NCBI RefSeq assembly: GCF_036971445.1
Contig: NC_091471.1
Location: forward strand, 264,740,001 to 264,804,000
DNA: 64,000 nt
Origin: Narcine bancroftii
Lineage: Eukaryota
Direction of reading: 5' to 3'
Shown here: one piece after another, positions 50,690-64,000 of the stretch
Position numbering within the stretch: the first letter of the stretch is position 1
How the letters are laid out: each line of letters begins with the position of its first letter
Notes under the pieces: generated by a model
Told to the model about the DNA's origin: nothing
Database searches by the model: none
What the model saw: the letters and a program-made list of their open reading frames with translations, nothing else
Position numbers and translations under genes: made by a program

Positions 50690-51450
50690 TGTCCCTATCT
50701 TGTGATAATTGATGTCATACTATCCAAACACCAATCAGACCAGCAACTTTCTGGTATTAGAACACCCAAGTCTGACTCCTATCTCTCTGGCTCTGCACTT
50801 TCACAGTATTTTTTTTGTTATGAATTTAGGTGTATTCCCCAGGCAGATCACTCATCCCATTTCATTAATTTTAGGTGGGACCAATGTTGGGCCCCATCTT
50901 TCTCTCAGGAATTATCTTAGCTGGAGAAAAAAAAGTCCCATTAGCTACTCTATATTTCTGCTTTAGTTGCTGAAAAAGACAAGTCTTCAATGAATTTTAT
51001 TCCTTTGTTGTACCATTTTAATATTTTGTAACCTAGATTCATAGGCAGCAATACATTCTTACATAATGGTGCTCTTAATGATATCCCTGTCCAATACACT
51101 CATTGATTTCTTGCCATACTCTAATTACATGTATTAATATAGGATTTTTTTTTGCAATTGACTTAACATTCCACTAATAAAACCCTTTGCTGCAGCCTCT
51201 TTCATTGAATATAATCCCATTTGAATCCAGGGGGGGGGTTGCCTTCCTCAAAAAGAAATCTGGCTTGTGCTAATAAATCCAGTTATCTAAATCCTTCTAG
51301 TTTTAATGTTAAATTTTCTAGCAAAATTCTCAGCACCTTAATGTTCGATAGGATTTGTTCAATACAATTATTTAATAATTTAAATAAACTCATCAGCAAA
51401 GAAATAGTCAGTGATTGGAAAAGAAATTGTAATCTTGGTGTTTGTTGATG
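50690..51450 (-). mobile_element. Highly degraded L1 ORF2 remnant
   Basis: Patchy similarity on the - strand to the RT C-terminal region (TPRLQFLFQSL..., LKLEGFR..., AQARFLF). Confidence 0.45.
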
Positions 51451-51534
51451 CATTGAATAACCAGACAGCACAAAGTGGCAACCTCTGACAAAAGCTTTAC
51501 TGTTAAATTCAATAAAATGTATAACAGGAGCCCC

Positions 51535-54500
51535 TGTAAATGGCATCAACCACCAATCAAGTTATTTTTTTTTTTAAAAAGCATGCTTCGCAGGGACTTG
51601 CACACGTGCAACAGAGTCATAGCAAGTACAGTGGCTGCAGCAGGTGCATACAACCAATAGAAGCGGCTGTCTACATCCCCTTTCTTGGATTGTGGTATGT
51701 GAAGGGGTTGCGCATGTAGGTGTCATACATTACAATAATTATAGTTCAGCAGTGAACAGTCAGCCCAGTTTAATCCTGATATTTTGGGTTGGGCTTACAA
51801 GTGGCCCAAAGCAGGTTATGTAGTAGCCATTGGTGGAAGTGGATACTTGGGATGCTGCAGCTTGAAAGGATTGCAATCTGTTGTCTCAGAGTTGCAGCTA
51901 TTTGCTTCATGGGTTGTTACTGAGGGAGCTCCGCCTACCCCAGGTTCACATTCCAGATCTTGATTTGTAGTTTCATCAGGAATGGTTCGGGATGGGGGTG
52001 GCTCCCTTACAGGTAGGATGTGTCGACAGTTTCTCAGATACACCCTTCCTTCTGATTTTACCAAGTATAATCTGGGCTCCTGGCAGCCCCTTTCGACTAT
52101 GCCCATATGGTCATAGCCATGTGGAGTCTGCATCTTTACGACTTGCCCTTCTGCTAATGGCACGAGCAGGTAGCTGTTTCTGTCATAGAATCTTTTCTGC
52201 GTTAGCCTTCTGTTCAGCAGTTGGGATTTAATTTCTTGTGAATTCTTTAGCTGAGATCCAAGAGTCTCTTTGGCACAGGCAAAGTCATCAGTGTCTACCT
52301 GGACACAAGAGCTCAATATGGTGTCGCCACGAATGTTCCTTGGGTTCAGCAGGTTTAGGAACACATCAGTATTTTCCCTGTGGGACTTCTCCACGAGTTG
52401 CTTCGCGCTCCTCACTGCTTTTTACCGCCAACCTGTGACTGTGGGTACTCTGGGCTGCTAGTGATGTGGTTGAAATCCCATATTGTTGCAAAATGTCTGA
52501 ATTTCTCACTGGTGAACTGGGTGCCATTGTCCAATAGCAGAGTGTGGGATGCCCAAATGAGATGACACTGGGCAAAAGGTCTATCTCAAACCACCCAGAG
52601 TTTGAATCAACAAGAACCAAATACTGTTGATCATGCCATTCAGAGGTCTAATGCCATAGTTGACCTAGGGAGGCCCAGCATTGTGTGAAGCTTTAGTGGC
52701 TCTTTCTCTTGGTGCGGTCTGGTGCTATTGCACACTGACCAAGCTTGTACCTCCTTAGATAAGTTTTCAGTCATCCCTGGCAAAAACATTGTCTAGCCCT
52801 ACATTTGGTTGCTTCTCCACCTGGGTGCCCTCTGTGCAAGATGTTGACAAATCATAATGAAAGGCCTGAGAGCAGTGTTCAATCATCGATGATTAATTCA
52901 TCCAGGAATGGGAAGTAGGGATGCACTTCAGGTGGTAGGCTGTGCTGCTCATCAGGCCAGATGCCCTTGATAAAAGTGCTCGGGGTCCTCAAAGTTGTAT
53001 CTTCAGCTGTGTGTTGTCTCAGTTCATCCAAATGGAAGGAATAAATGTCATATCAAATGTGTCCTCTTCCCCAGCTTGTCAGATTGTGCAATTTCTAGGA
53101 GCACGAGATAGCTGATGCACTACGTGCATTTCTTTTCCACACTTGTAAATTAAAGTCACGTTGCATTTCTGAAGCCTGAGGATCATTCTCTGTAATCGTG
53201 CATGAGCCACATTTTCAGAATTATGACCAGAGGTAAATGGTCAGTCTCTATGATCACTGGTTTGCCATAAATTTTGTAATTAAATTTTGAAAGGCAAAAA
53301 CTACTGCCAACAACTCCTGCTCTATTTTGGCATATCTGGTCTCCGTGGTGGAGTGTAACCTGGATGCACAGGCCACTGTTTTTCCACCCTGCAGGTATGC
53401 TGCACCCAGACTGTAGTAATGCATCACAGGTTAGCATGATCAGTCTTCTTGCGTTGTAGTACAATAGAACAGGTGGGTATGACATATGCCTTTTTAAATG
53501 CGTGGAATGCGTTTTGTTGCTGCTCCTGCCAGGACCAAACCATGTCTTTGTGTTAACTGCCTTAATGTAAGATCACTGGTGTTCAGAATGAATTTGCTCA
53601 GGTAGTTGACCATGCCCAGGAAACATCGCAGCACTGTCACATCTGCCGGAACTGGCACTTCACTAATTGCTCTAGTCTTTGAGGGTCCACCTTCAGGGCT
53701 GCTCCTGTGAAAATGTGGCCTCTATAACCTACCTGGTTCAGCCAAAATCTACACTTACAGGGGTTGAGCTCAAGATTAACCTCCAGGCTTTGTCAAGGAC
53801 CTTTTTTAAATTTACATCATGTTCTTCCAAGTCTTTTCCAGCTACAAGTATATCAATAATGATGGCACAGGGATATCACACAAAGATTAGCTATATTGAT
53901 CTTTAAAATACTTGTTGGCCGAATGGCATCCACAGGAATCTATCAGTCGAAACTAGTGCCAGTTCAAGACAAGTTTGAATTGCCAGAAGGAATTCTTGGC
54001 ATCCAAAAAAACCAAAAAACTGTTGCGTCAGCCACCTGTGTGGCAACTTCCTCCACAGTATGCATTGTATGGTGTGGTCATTTTAAAGTTGTATTGTGGT
54101 CTTTCAGGTCAATGCAGATCCAGATCTCCTGTCAGTCTTTTTTTTTCCTTAGCAGCCACCATGGAGGACACCCACTTGGTGGTCTCGAAGACTGGGAATC
54201 ACACCAAGGTCCTGCATCTTATCCAGCTTAGCCTTAACCTGGTCCTTCATTGCTATTGGTATACATCGTGCCAGACAAACCACAGGCCTCACTTCTGGGT
54301 TGAGCCGCACGGAGTACGTCACTGGCAGTTTCCCCAGTTCTTCTGTGAAAAAGGTCACTGTACTCAGAAAAGATTCTGTACATCAGATCTTCTTCATCCT
54401 GACTTATCTGGTGTACCTCTCTCCTGAACGAAACAAGATCTATGTCCATGCTCAGCCCCAACAGGGGCAGGACATTTTCTTGGATTACGAAAAAAGTTAG

Positions 54501-55345
54501 TATGTGCAGCTGTCCTTGACCGAAGCACTATGCTGTCGGTTCTAATTTTGCTGCCCCTGTATACCACGAGACTTGGAACACGGTATGACCAGTTCTGACT
54601 TCCTCAGTAGGTTGAATGTTCTTCATGACATGACATTGCACTTGGTTCCAGTGTCAACTTTTATGTCTTTTGCTTTACCATTGATTTTTATCGATACAAA
54701 TGCTTTGTTATTCCTTCTGTTTCTTGTTGGGTCTCCTGCCATCTGCAGAGTCAATGCATCAACATAACACTCATCATCTGAGTTGGTTTGTCCTTGGTCA
54801 AGTTCCAACTAGTTAATCATACTTTTGTATCTGGGTCTCGGGGGAGTTGCTGCCTCACTCTGCAGCATCTGCTGAAATGATTCCATTTCTGGCATGCTCT
54901 GCACTGCTGGCCAAACACCGGGAACATCTAGTCTTGCCACATGGTCGCTTCTGCAGTGGCCGCACTCCGTCCTGGGTGAGAGTGTAGCAGGGCTTGGTTG
55001 GCTTCATCGTTTTTTGGCTTCCGGCCATTGCCTGTTTGCAGGTCCCACCTGGACTGCGTCTAAGCTCACACCTTGCTGCTGCAGAGGGGCTAGCTTTGTT
55101 GTTCTCTTCCGTAGTTTCGTAAGCCAGACACATGGAGATGGCCTTTGCAAGTGTTAGTTCATTGTCACGCAGCAGTGCCTTTCTCATGCCTTCATGGCAG
55201 ATGCCATAGACCATCCTGTCTTTAATCAACTCATCATAGAGCGCTCCAAAGTCACAGGTCCTTGGCCTGATTTTTATGTCGCTGACATACAACTGAATTG
55301 ACTCATCAGGCCTCTGGTTTCTGGTCTTAAATCTGTGCCTTTCCT
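51535..55345 (-). mobile_element. Gypsy/Ty3 LTR retrotransposon, degenerate, 5' part missing
   Basis: Domain order gag (CDFGALYDELIKDRMVYGI), protease (KVDTGTKCN), RT, RNase H (LTCDA..., IETDHLPL), integrase (VLVDSNSGWFE, SAKQLVEK). PPT aagaaagggga at 51676-51686 directly precedes a 3' LTR TGTA...TACA (51675-51535). Confidence 0.9.
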
Positions 55346-57273
55346 TTTTTTAAAAACCTCTCTATTCGTTCAAAAAAAAAACAAATAATATACGACATAT
55401 ACAGCAATTAAACATGAACTTTTTTTTAAATATTCAGCCAACTCTCCTAAGGAGAGCCATAAGAAAAAAGAAATATTAAAGAAAAAATTAAATATACATA
55501 TTAAAATCTAATCAATATAAATTGAAATGTAAATATTCTGAGTATAACAGCCACTTATTAATAAAAAAATTATCATGCGAAACATACATATTTTCCATTA
55601 TTGAACAATATTTCATCTAATTATGCCATCTATTAATATCAATCATATTTGCATCTTTCCACGTATTAGCAATACATTTTTTCGCTACGGATAAAGCTAA
55701 ATATACAAAAGCAAGCTGGAATTTATCTAATCCCAAACCTTTCAGAAGTTGAAAACTACCCAATAAAAATACTGTTGGATCTAAAACTATTTTAATCTTA
55801 TGCAGGTATTCTAAAAACGATTTAATTTCTTCCAAAAAGATTGTATATGTATACATGACCAAATAGCATGAAGAAAAGTTCCAACCGTATCACCACATCT
55901 AAAACACAAATCTGATTCATTAAAACCATTTTTTTTTTTTTTAAATTTTTCAGGTGTCAAGTATAATTGATGTAAAAAATTGTAATTAATCATTGTATAA
56001 TGTACATTTATCAATCTAGTTATACTATCATAACAGATATCTAACCAATCATTTTCAGAAAAATAAAACCAATATCTGCTTCCCATTTCATTTTAGATCT
56101 ATCCCAGCCCTTTTTATCCATACCATCCTGTAATATTTGATACATAAATGAAATATAACCCTTCTCTGGTACCTTCATAAGAGAAGTCTCAAATTTAGTC
56201 ATTTTAGGTAAAATCATATCTCTACCAAACATACGTTTTACCAAAGATTGAATTTGATAAGAAATAAAGAATTCTTATCAATACCAAAATCTTCCCTCAT
56301 CTGATTAAAAGATAAAAACTTACCCTCTTTAAAACAATCTCCCAAATTTTTCACACCTTTAAATCTCCAATGCAATAAACTTTGATTATGTATTGAAAAA
56401 GAAATGTTGATTATATACAACGGAATCAAAGCCAATAATTTACCCCTAGAGCCTTTCATTTCATTTTTATTTATCCATAACTTCATTAAATGTTTTAGTA
56501 TAGGCACATTATATTGTTGTAACAAATTTATATTCCACCTAAACAAAAATTGATGTATTTCAAATTCAGAAATACTTGCCATCTCAATTTTAGCCCAACT
56601 AGGAGGCCGTATCAAATCCATCAATTAACTAATAAATTTAAGTTGGGCTGCCTCAATAATTTTGAAAATGTGGTAAAAAGTCCCCCTAACTCATATTTCC
56701 AAGTTAATTTATTCAAAGCTACTCTCGAAAATTTACCCCTCCGCAAAAACTCCCTAACCATTTTATTCAAATCTTGGAAAAAAATTTATCAATATGGAAT
56801 AGATTGAAACAAATATTGTATACGCAGAAAGATATTCATCTTAATTGTATTTATCTTTCCCATTAAATTAATAGGTAAATCTTTCCATTTAATCAAATCA
56901 GTTTTAATTTCTTTCATTAACGGAGCATAATTATCAATCTTTATATGAATTAAATTAACACTCAAAATTATACCCAGATATTTAATTTGATCAGTCCACT
57001 TCAAATTAATAATAGTTATAAACTGAATAATTGCCTTCACTTACCAGTAATATTTAACTTTTTTCCCCCCAATTCACTTTATTTCCAGAAAGACATCCAT
57101 ATTGTATGAAACAATCCTTCAAGTGCAAAAGTGACTGAGCTGGGTTTATTCAATACATCATCAGCAAATAAATTAATTTTATATTCCTTATCTAAAACTT
57201 TCATACCTTGTATCTGTGTATTTTGTCTTATCAGCTGTGCTAAAGGTTCAATCACTAGAGACAGACAGAGACA

Positions 57274-57312
<39 letters not shown>

Positions 57313-58650
57313 GATCCAACAAATAAAAAAAGGACAAAACTTTAATTTCTCCAAAGCTTTAAACAAAAAATCCCATTCAACTATCAAATGCTTTTTCTGC
57401 ATCCAAGGATATCATCGGGTGATCTAAAGATTGTCGAAATCTATTAATCAAACTAATCACGCGCAAAATGTTACTGAAGTATATCTATTCTTTATAAAAC
57501 CCGTTTGATCAATATGAATCAACTTAAGTAAAAATTTAGCCAATCTATTCTATTTTATAATCTACATTTAACAACAATTGGTCTATATGAAGATACTTTC
57601 AAAGGATCTCTATCTTTTTTAGGAATTACTGTAATTAAAGCACTAGAACAAAACTCAGGTAATTCATAGCGTTCTCCAACCTGACGTAATACATCCCCAA
57701 ACACTGTAGATAAATCATCAATCATAAATTTTTTTTTATATAAAATTCAACTGAAAATCCATCATCACCAGGCAATTTACCGTTCAGCATTTCCAGCATA
57801 GCCATTTTAATTTCCAAATCAGTAAATGGTTCTTCTTAATCTGCGCCTTTCCATCATTAAGTTCTTTTGTGGATTGCACAAGTAATAGTGATCCTTCCCC
57901 TTTTTTTGGCTCAATGACACAAGCAAAAAATCCCGCAAAAGTACCTGCAGAATCTTCTGAGAAAGAACCCTTCTCCCTTTAACATCATCTTGTAAAAATG
58001 CTCCACTCTCAGCGCCTTCTGGAGTTTCCAAGCTGCTACTTTTTTTTTTAAAAAAAACCAAGTTCTCACTCTTTCTTGAACTCCAAGCAAATTTCAATAA
58101 CAATAAATACAAAATAGTTAAAAATAGACACTTTGGTTAGTCCCATTATAGACATTCTCCTTAATCATGTTTAATATCTAATCTTTTCATAATTTTGTAC
58201 AAATTCTTCCACTTCTAGTCTTGATAAAACGTTGATTGCCATCCGTTACTTTGACTCTCAGAGTCGCAGGATGCAACATTGACTATTTTATAATCTTTAA
58301 TTGCAATTGCCTTTTTACATCAAACTCCTTTCTTTGCTTAATCAAAGTTGCACTAAAGTCATGAAAGAGTAACATCTTTCTGTCATTGATCTCAAGCGGG
58401 ACATCGTGTTGCTTTAGCACAATCAAATGCTGCTCCCAAAACCAATTCCCTTTCCCACCAATTCAAAAGACTTACCAGGACCAGCCTTGGTCGCTGCTCG
58501 TCAGATCTTCTAGGTCTGACGAGCCCTTTCTATTTGTAGTTCTCTGTTGAATTTATTTTCTCCCAACACTTATGGGATCCAAGTTTCAAAGAAGCTCACT
58601 GGGTCTATACATTCAGCCCCTTCCTTCAAACCAATAATCTGATTATTGCA
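55345..58650 (-). mobile_element. Old, degraded L1 (ORF1 3' part, spacer, RT and C-terminal ORF2; EN region absent)
   Basis: ORF1 remnant ~58180-58645 (IIGLKEGAE...FETWI); RT remnants (PGDDGFSVEF, YKINLFADDV, KYLGI, KMNIFLR) and CFRC...HAIWSC. Confidence 0.8.
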
Positions 58651-59594
58651 TTCTTGAGAAGCTGCAATTCACTTCAAGAAAGATTATGACTAACTTGGTT
58701 TTAGGCACATGCACACATTGCTGCCAATTTTGCTGAGTTTATTACATCTTCAACAAATGCATCCAGGACAAAATCTTTCTGTTGATAGATTTAAAAACTA
58801 GGTGAATGTTTTGTGCACTCTTCATTTCCAATAAAGAAGATAGGTAGACTTAAGGGAAAACTTTCCAGTTTACATTTCCAAACATTGAATAAAAAATCTC
58901 TCCCAAGTCCAATACAAGCTGGGAGGTATCTAAATCCAGCAACCAAGTCATGATTTAGAAGAAACCTGACAATATTAAAGTTGTCTTGGCCCCTCACTTC
59001 TAATTCAAATGATCAGTCCCCTCCTTTGCAAAGAAGCCAATAAATGACAGGTAATTGAATGCAACTCTTTATTGCTTGGTCTTTAAAAGCCCTAAACTCA
59101 AAAATACACAAACAGCTTGAAGGAATCAAACTTGCTCTAAATTGAAATTCATAGCAAGCACATGTAATATGGTTTTTTAAAAAAAAAAAATCACATTTGC
59201 ACCAAGCACACTTGGATACTGATTATAGAAAACTAAGATTCCACTCCATCTACTAAGTCAGGGAAAGCTGTTGGATCTGTTCCAATATTCCAACACAACA
59301 GGAAGTATCCCTTTATGTCACAGCCCCTACCCCAAACAGGAAGTGATAGAATGGACCATACAGAATTGACTAGTCAAGTGAAAATGAGGATATAAACACA
59401 GTGGTCAGCAGGGTATAATATGTCATCTTTCATTAAATGGTACTAGCCATTATATGACCATAACAAGCTCCCAATAATGTCAATTCTGAAGGAATGTGGG
59501 ATTCCTTGTGTTTTAATAAGGAGCAGGGGCAACAAACAGGAGAAAACTTATGTAAAACTGCTGCATAGCAGCTCCTGGGAGCACATCCGTCAGA

Positions 59595-60170
59595 GATAGA
59601 ACATTACAGAAACAGGCCCTTCTATCTGTGCCAATCCATTTTCCTGCCTAGTCCCATTGATTTACACCCAGTCCATAGACCTCCATACCTCTGCCATCCA
59701 AATATCTGTCCAAATTCTTCTTAAATGTTAAAATTCACCATTTCAGCTGGCCACTCACTCCAGACTCCCACCACTGTGTGAAGTCATTTCCCCCTCATGT
59801 TCTCCCTAAACTTTTCCTCTTTCACCCTTAACCCATGTCATCCGGTTTGTATATCACCTACCCTCAGTGGCAAAGACTACCTGATTATCTTATCTTTATC
59901 TGTCAATTTTAAATACCTCGACCTAATCTCCCCTCAACTGGTCATAACCTGTTTAACTTTTCCCTGTAACAGGTCCAGACAACATTCTAGTAAATCTTCT
60001 CTGCCCTCTTTCAATCTTATTGATATCTTTCCTGTAGTTAGGTGACCAAAACAGCACAGAGAACTCCAAATTTGGCCTCAATGCCTTATTTAACTTCACA
60101 ACATCCCAACTCCTATACTCAATTCAATATACCAAAAACCTCTTTACAACCCTATCAACCTGTGACACCT
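59595..60170 (-). mobile_element. CR1-type LINE 3' fragment
   Basis: Plus strand begins gatagaacattacagaaacaggccc and includes gaccaaaacagcacagagaactccaaatt, the reverse complement of LEFSVLFWS. Confidence 0.65.
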
Positions 60171-62254
60171 TTGGAGTTGGTGTTGCTGGTTCACTGTGAA
60201 TGAAGTGTGGAGCTCCCAGCAATGGAGCCATGTGGGTGGGAGGCAGAAACTGGCAACGGCCATCAGGGGGCAGTATTTATCCACGGGACAGTTCAAAACC
60301 TCAACAGTGCCACAGACAACGTGTGTAGTAGTAAATCAACCTGCATCTGGTTTGCTCCAAAGTTACTCAGAAGTACACGTTTTTTGAAGAATAGTTCAGT
60401 ACATCTCATTTTTTTGAAATCAAGAAACTTTATTGCACCCTAGAGGTGCACAAGATCAAATGTCATTTTCATAAACCCATGTGTTTGTACCATGCAACAA
60501 TGACAACACTGATGTCGAAGGATCGTTTGTCATTTTCAAATCCCGTTTCAATTAATTGGAAAGTTGCCCCTCGCCTTCCTTTCTCCTCAAATATCCTGAA
60601 CTTTTGTTACGGGTTCTTTTATTGAGCCCTCTGCACAGAATTTACTGCAACAGACAAAGATGAGCAAAGTTTCACCACATTTCCTGAAATCGCGTGGTCC
60701 CATTGATATCATAACCACAAGTTACAGATCTATGTGCCAGACTTTCGGCGAATTGAAAAAAAATTCAACGCACGAAATTTTATTTGACTATGTAGATTTT
60801 TCTTTTTAGCTTTCCAGCCTGTTCCAAGCTCCATTCAAATAAAAAAATACCGCAGCGACCAGTCACAAAATCCACAAAGAATTTTAGTTCTGCTGGAACT
60901 CAAGATTCCGTGAATCTGACTCGATTGGTCTGATATCAACTTGGCAAACAGTTCAAATTTAAACACGGGTGATATTTGCTTATTGTTTTAAGCAGCGGGT
61001 GCATTTGAGCGGAAGAATTCAGCGTCGAACTCAAACAAAGGATAAGGCGTTGAATCACATTAAGATCAGTGCCAGCCTGATGCTGCAAGATAATAGAAAG
61101 GGACGAGGGCGAAAGAAAGGGAGTGGGGACAAAGCACAAGTTTTGATTACATTTGGCTTATTGAAACTAAAACCCCCATCTCCAAAGTGAATGGCATTCT
61201 CTTAACATGTCCAAATTGAGATCCAGTCGAACAGAAGTGCACCAACAATGGAGATTAAAACAACATCGCCATTTTGAGTTACGACCCCACCCATCGAGCA
61301 CAGATTTCACGAATTCTCTTAGTAGCCACTAACAGAGAAGAGAATGATTTCGTCTAAAAGTCCTGGACTGACGCTCTCCAATTGCTTATTATCCAACTCC
61401 ACCAATAAAAAAACCCTTCAATTCTATCAAAACTGAACCTCAATCACCAAAAGTGATTAGAAACAGAGAAACTGACGATCTTCTCTGCCCAATACAAGAA
61501 CTACTGTACATATGCAGCCTACTTCTCGCAGCTATTCAAAGCGGAGTTTATCCATTTCGATTTAAAACCGAGCTCAATAGAGAATTCATTTCTAGTGTCA
61601 CTACATCATACAAGAATGTCCCCTCTAGGAAGTAAAAGGCAGCATAAAAACTTAGTTCTCAATTGAAGGGAAAAAAATCTTTGTTCACAAACACATTTTA
61701 ATCTAAAATTTCTTTCATCCGCATTTTGTAAACCTGAAAGTATGCCAGTGAAAAACAAGGCACATACCTTTACAATCCAAATGGAGAAAACTATAGAACT
61801 AAACATTCCCGAAATTACAAGCTAGCGTTCATTTCGCTCACTCCCAAACATGGTTTACCAAGTGCCTAACCCCTCCTTAAAAGTCCGATTCTTAGTCAGT
61901 TAAAGTGAAGCAGATATAACATAATATTAACAAAAATAGCACGTATGAAATGGGTCAACGCCACGATTCGTTTAAAAATGCTTCTCTCAAGCTTTGTACT
62001 TTTGACGTTACGTATTTGTTATTGGAGTATAATGGAATTTAGATGCCGTATTTCAGCGGATCACCTTGTTTACAATATGGCAACAAATCTGAATGTTACT
62101 CGAGTAGCCAAGATAACGATAAGCTTCAACCCGGCACTAGACTCGTAACTAAATTAAGCTAGAATCACAGGAAAGACCATGGACCGAAGGAAAATTGAGG
62201 AAGACAGTGACACAAAGTGATCAGAACCACACGCCTAAATTTGTTAAAAATTAG

Positions 62255-63100
62255 ACATACCGCACGGTAACAGGCCATTTCGGCCCACGAGTCCGTGCTG
62301 GCCAATTTTAATCCAATCCTATAACCACCCCCCGGACGTTTTGAACAGTGGGCGGAAACCGGAGCCCCGCTGGGGCTTTGGGGGGAGGGGGAGGGCGGAC
62401 GGACGGGGGGCGGGGGGGGGGCGGGGGGGGGGACGGACGAGGGGGGGGGGACGGACGGACGGGGGGGGGGGACGGACGGGGGGGGGGGACGGACGGGGGG
62501 GGGGGGACGGACGGGGGGGGGGACGGACGGGGGGGGGGACGGACGGGGGGGGGGACGGACGGGGGGGGGGGACGGACGGGGGGGGGGGACGGACGGGGGG
62601 GGGGGACGGACGGGGGGGGGGGGACGGACGGGGGGGGGGGGGACGGACGGGGGGGGGGGGACGGACGGGGGGGGGGGGGACGGACGGGGGGGGGGGGGGA
62701 CGGACGGGGGGGGGGGGGGACGGACGGGGGGGGGGGACGGACGGGGGGGGGGGACGGACGGGGGGGGGGGGGACGGACGGGGGGGGGGGGACGGACGGGG
62801 GGGGGGGACGGACGGGGGGGGGGGACGGACGGGGGGGGGGGACGGACGGGGGGGGGGACGGACGGGGGGGGGGGGGGACGGACGGGGGGGGGGGGGACGG
62901 ACGGGGGGGGGGGGACGGACGGGGGGGGGGGACGGACGGGGGGGGGGGGGGACGGACGGGGGGGGGGGGGGGACGGACGGGGGGGGGGGGACGGACGGGG
63001 GGGGGGGGACGGACGGGGGGGGGGGGGACGTAAACTCCTGACAGAGAGCGCGGGATACGAACCCCGGTCTTGAGCGCTGGAAAGACGTTGCACTTCGCCG
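62255..63100 (-). mobile_element. V-SINE-like SINE with internal repeat expansion
   Basis: The - strand reads ggggttcgtatcccgcgctctctgtcaggagtttacgt (SINE head), then the C-rich array, then ggctccggtttccgcccac...gggccgaaatggcctgttaccgtgcggtatgtct (body and LINE-like tail). Confidence 0.75.
62395..63030 (+). repeat. G-rich tandem array (GGACGGAC plus a variable G-run), roughly 35 units
   Basis: Directly visible; units differ only in G-run length. Confidence 0.95.
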
Positions 63101-64000
63101 AAGGTGCCGCCCTTGAGGAGTTTGGAGGAATCTACGACATTGGCAAGGTTCAACTTTACAACTTTTCTCGCACTCGAGATGAAACTTCTGCGCGTCCTCT
63201 ACAGATGTGCAATTATGAACCGTTAGTTTACTCCGGCTCCAAATATTCACATAGCTGCCCACCCTCTCACCAACCACACAATGTGGATTTTATAAACAAT
63301 AGCAAAAGAAATGAAAATAGAATCTTAGAAATATTAGCACTACAAATATCGTTTATGAAAAACACCTCCCCTCCCCCTAATTTTCAGACTGTAACCCAAT
63401 TACAATCTTTAAAATACCATAAGCAAAAACCACCCGCCTTCAAAATGAAACTGCACGACAAAATGACCAACAAATCCCAAGTCTGCGCAAGGATAAATAA
63501 TCTATTTGGCCCGGCATTTCTGAAAACAGGTCTGCCAGCATTTCACTCCCACATTTCCCCCCCCCCCCCCCCGAGATTGAAGAACTGTACACTGTTCCTC
63601 ACCACAAAGAGTTATTGGCCGAATCGATATGGAGATATTTGTACTTTTTACAGTGAACCATAAAACTTGAGAGATCCAAGCTGTCATAATTATTACATAT
63701 TCGAGGTCACTTCAGAAATAAAACACTGCAAGAGGGTCCATCGGAAAATGTGGACATAAAGGGTATTCTCTGAATTAGGAATGGTCTCGGAGCAAGACTG
63801 TGAGGCGATTGTACCAAGAACATTAATGATACTGCCAAGGTGTTCAGGGAGTGGGGATCCGAGCGTGCGGTTGGTTTTTAATTGAAGATCTGTTGGTCTA
63901 CGAAGTTGTTCTTGAAGTTGGTAAATGGGAAAATGTAATATTGGGTGGAGTTTAAAAAAGACTAAAGGAGCAGAAAGTCGAGGTGTTGAAGTGGAATCAC

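Larger units (their letters stand above)
60500..64000. promoter_or_regulatory. CpG-retaining zone, possible shore of the LMNB2 5' CpG island
   Basis: CG dinucleotides are visibly far more frequent than elsewhere in non-repeat DNA of the window, even in AT-rich context. The zone lies towards the missing LMNB2 5' exon(s). Not computed. Confidence 0.45.

Noticed and set aside
62165-63277. Long Pro-rich and Gly-rich ORFs on both strands
   Set aside because: They are translations of the stop-free G-rich tandem array, with no splice or homology support.
63070-63663. 197-aa ORF near the window end
   Set aside because: Non-ATG start inside a SINE, no recognisable domain, and no lamin similarity.

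Overview
Vertebrate genomic DNA, most likely a cartilaginous fish (inferred from the repeat complement; not proven). Two convergent genes are present. The last coding exon and 3'UTR of RAB11B lie at 81-~1900 on the + strand. Ten coding exons of lamin B2 (LMNB2) lie at 15740-41651 on the - strand; they are equivalent to human exons 3-12 and end in the CaaX box CAVM. The 5' LMNB2 exon(s) are not in the window, but CpG density rises towards the right end. The rest is transposon-dense: RTE LINEs, a near full-length L1, a DIRS1-type element with ITR/ICR, a Gypsy element with 3' LTR and PPT, a Chapaev-like fragment, Penelope-like and CR1/L2 fragments, V-SINE-like SINEs, hAT and Tc1/mariner MITEs, a U6 retrocopy and a 187-N gap. 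The most notable observations are: (i) ORF2-less, HAL1-like L1 derivatives, one with its own poly(A) and 16-bp TSD; (ii) a conserved hairpin cluster with a compensatory base change in the L1 inter-ORF spacer, kept in those derivatives; (iii) young L1-family insertions nested inside RTE copies; (iv) a templated inverted insertion just before the presumed catalytic Tyr of the DIRS recombinase. All calls were made by eye, and repeat boundaries lacking TSDs are approximate.
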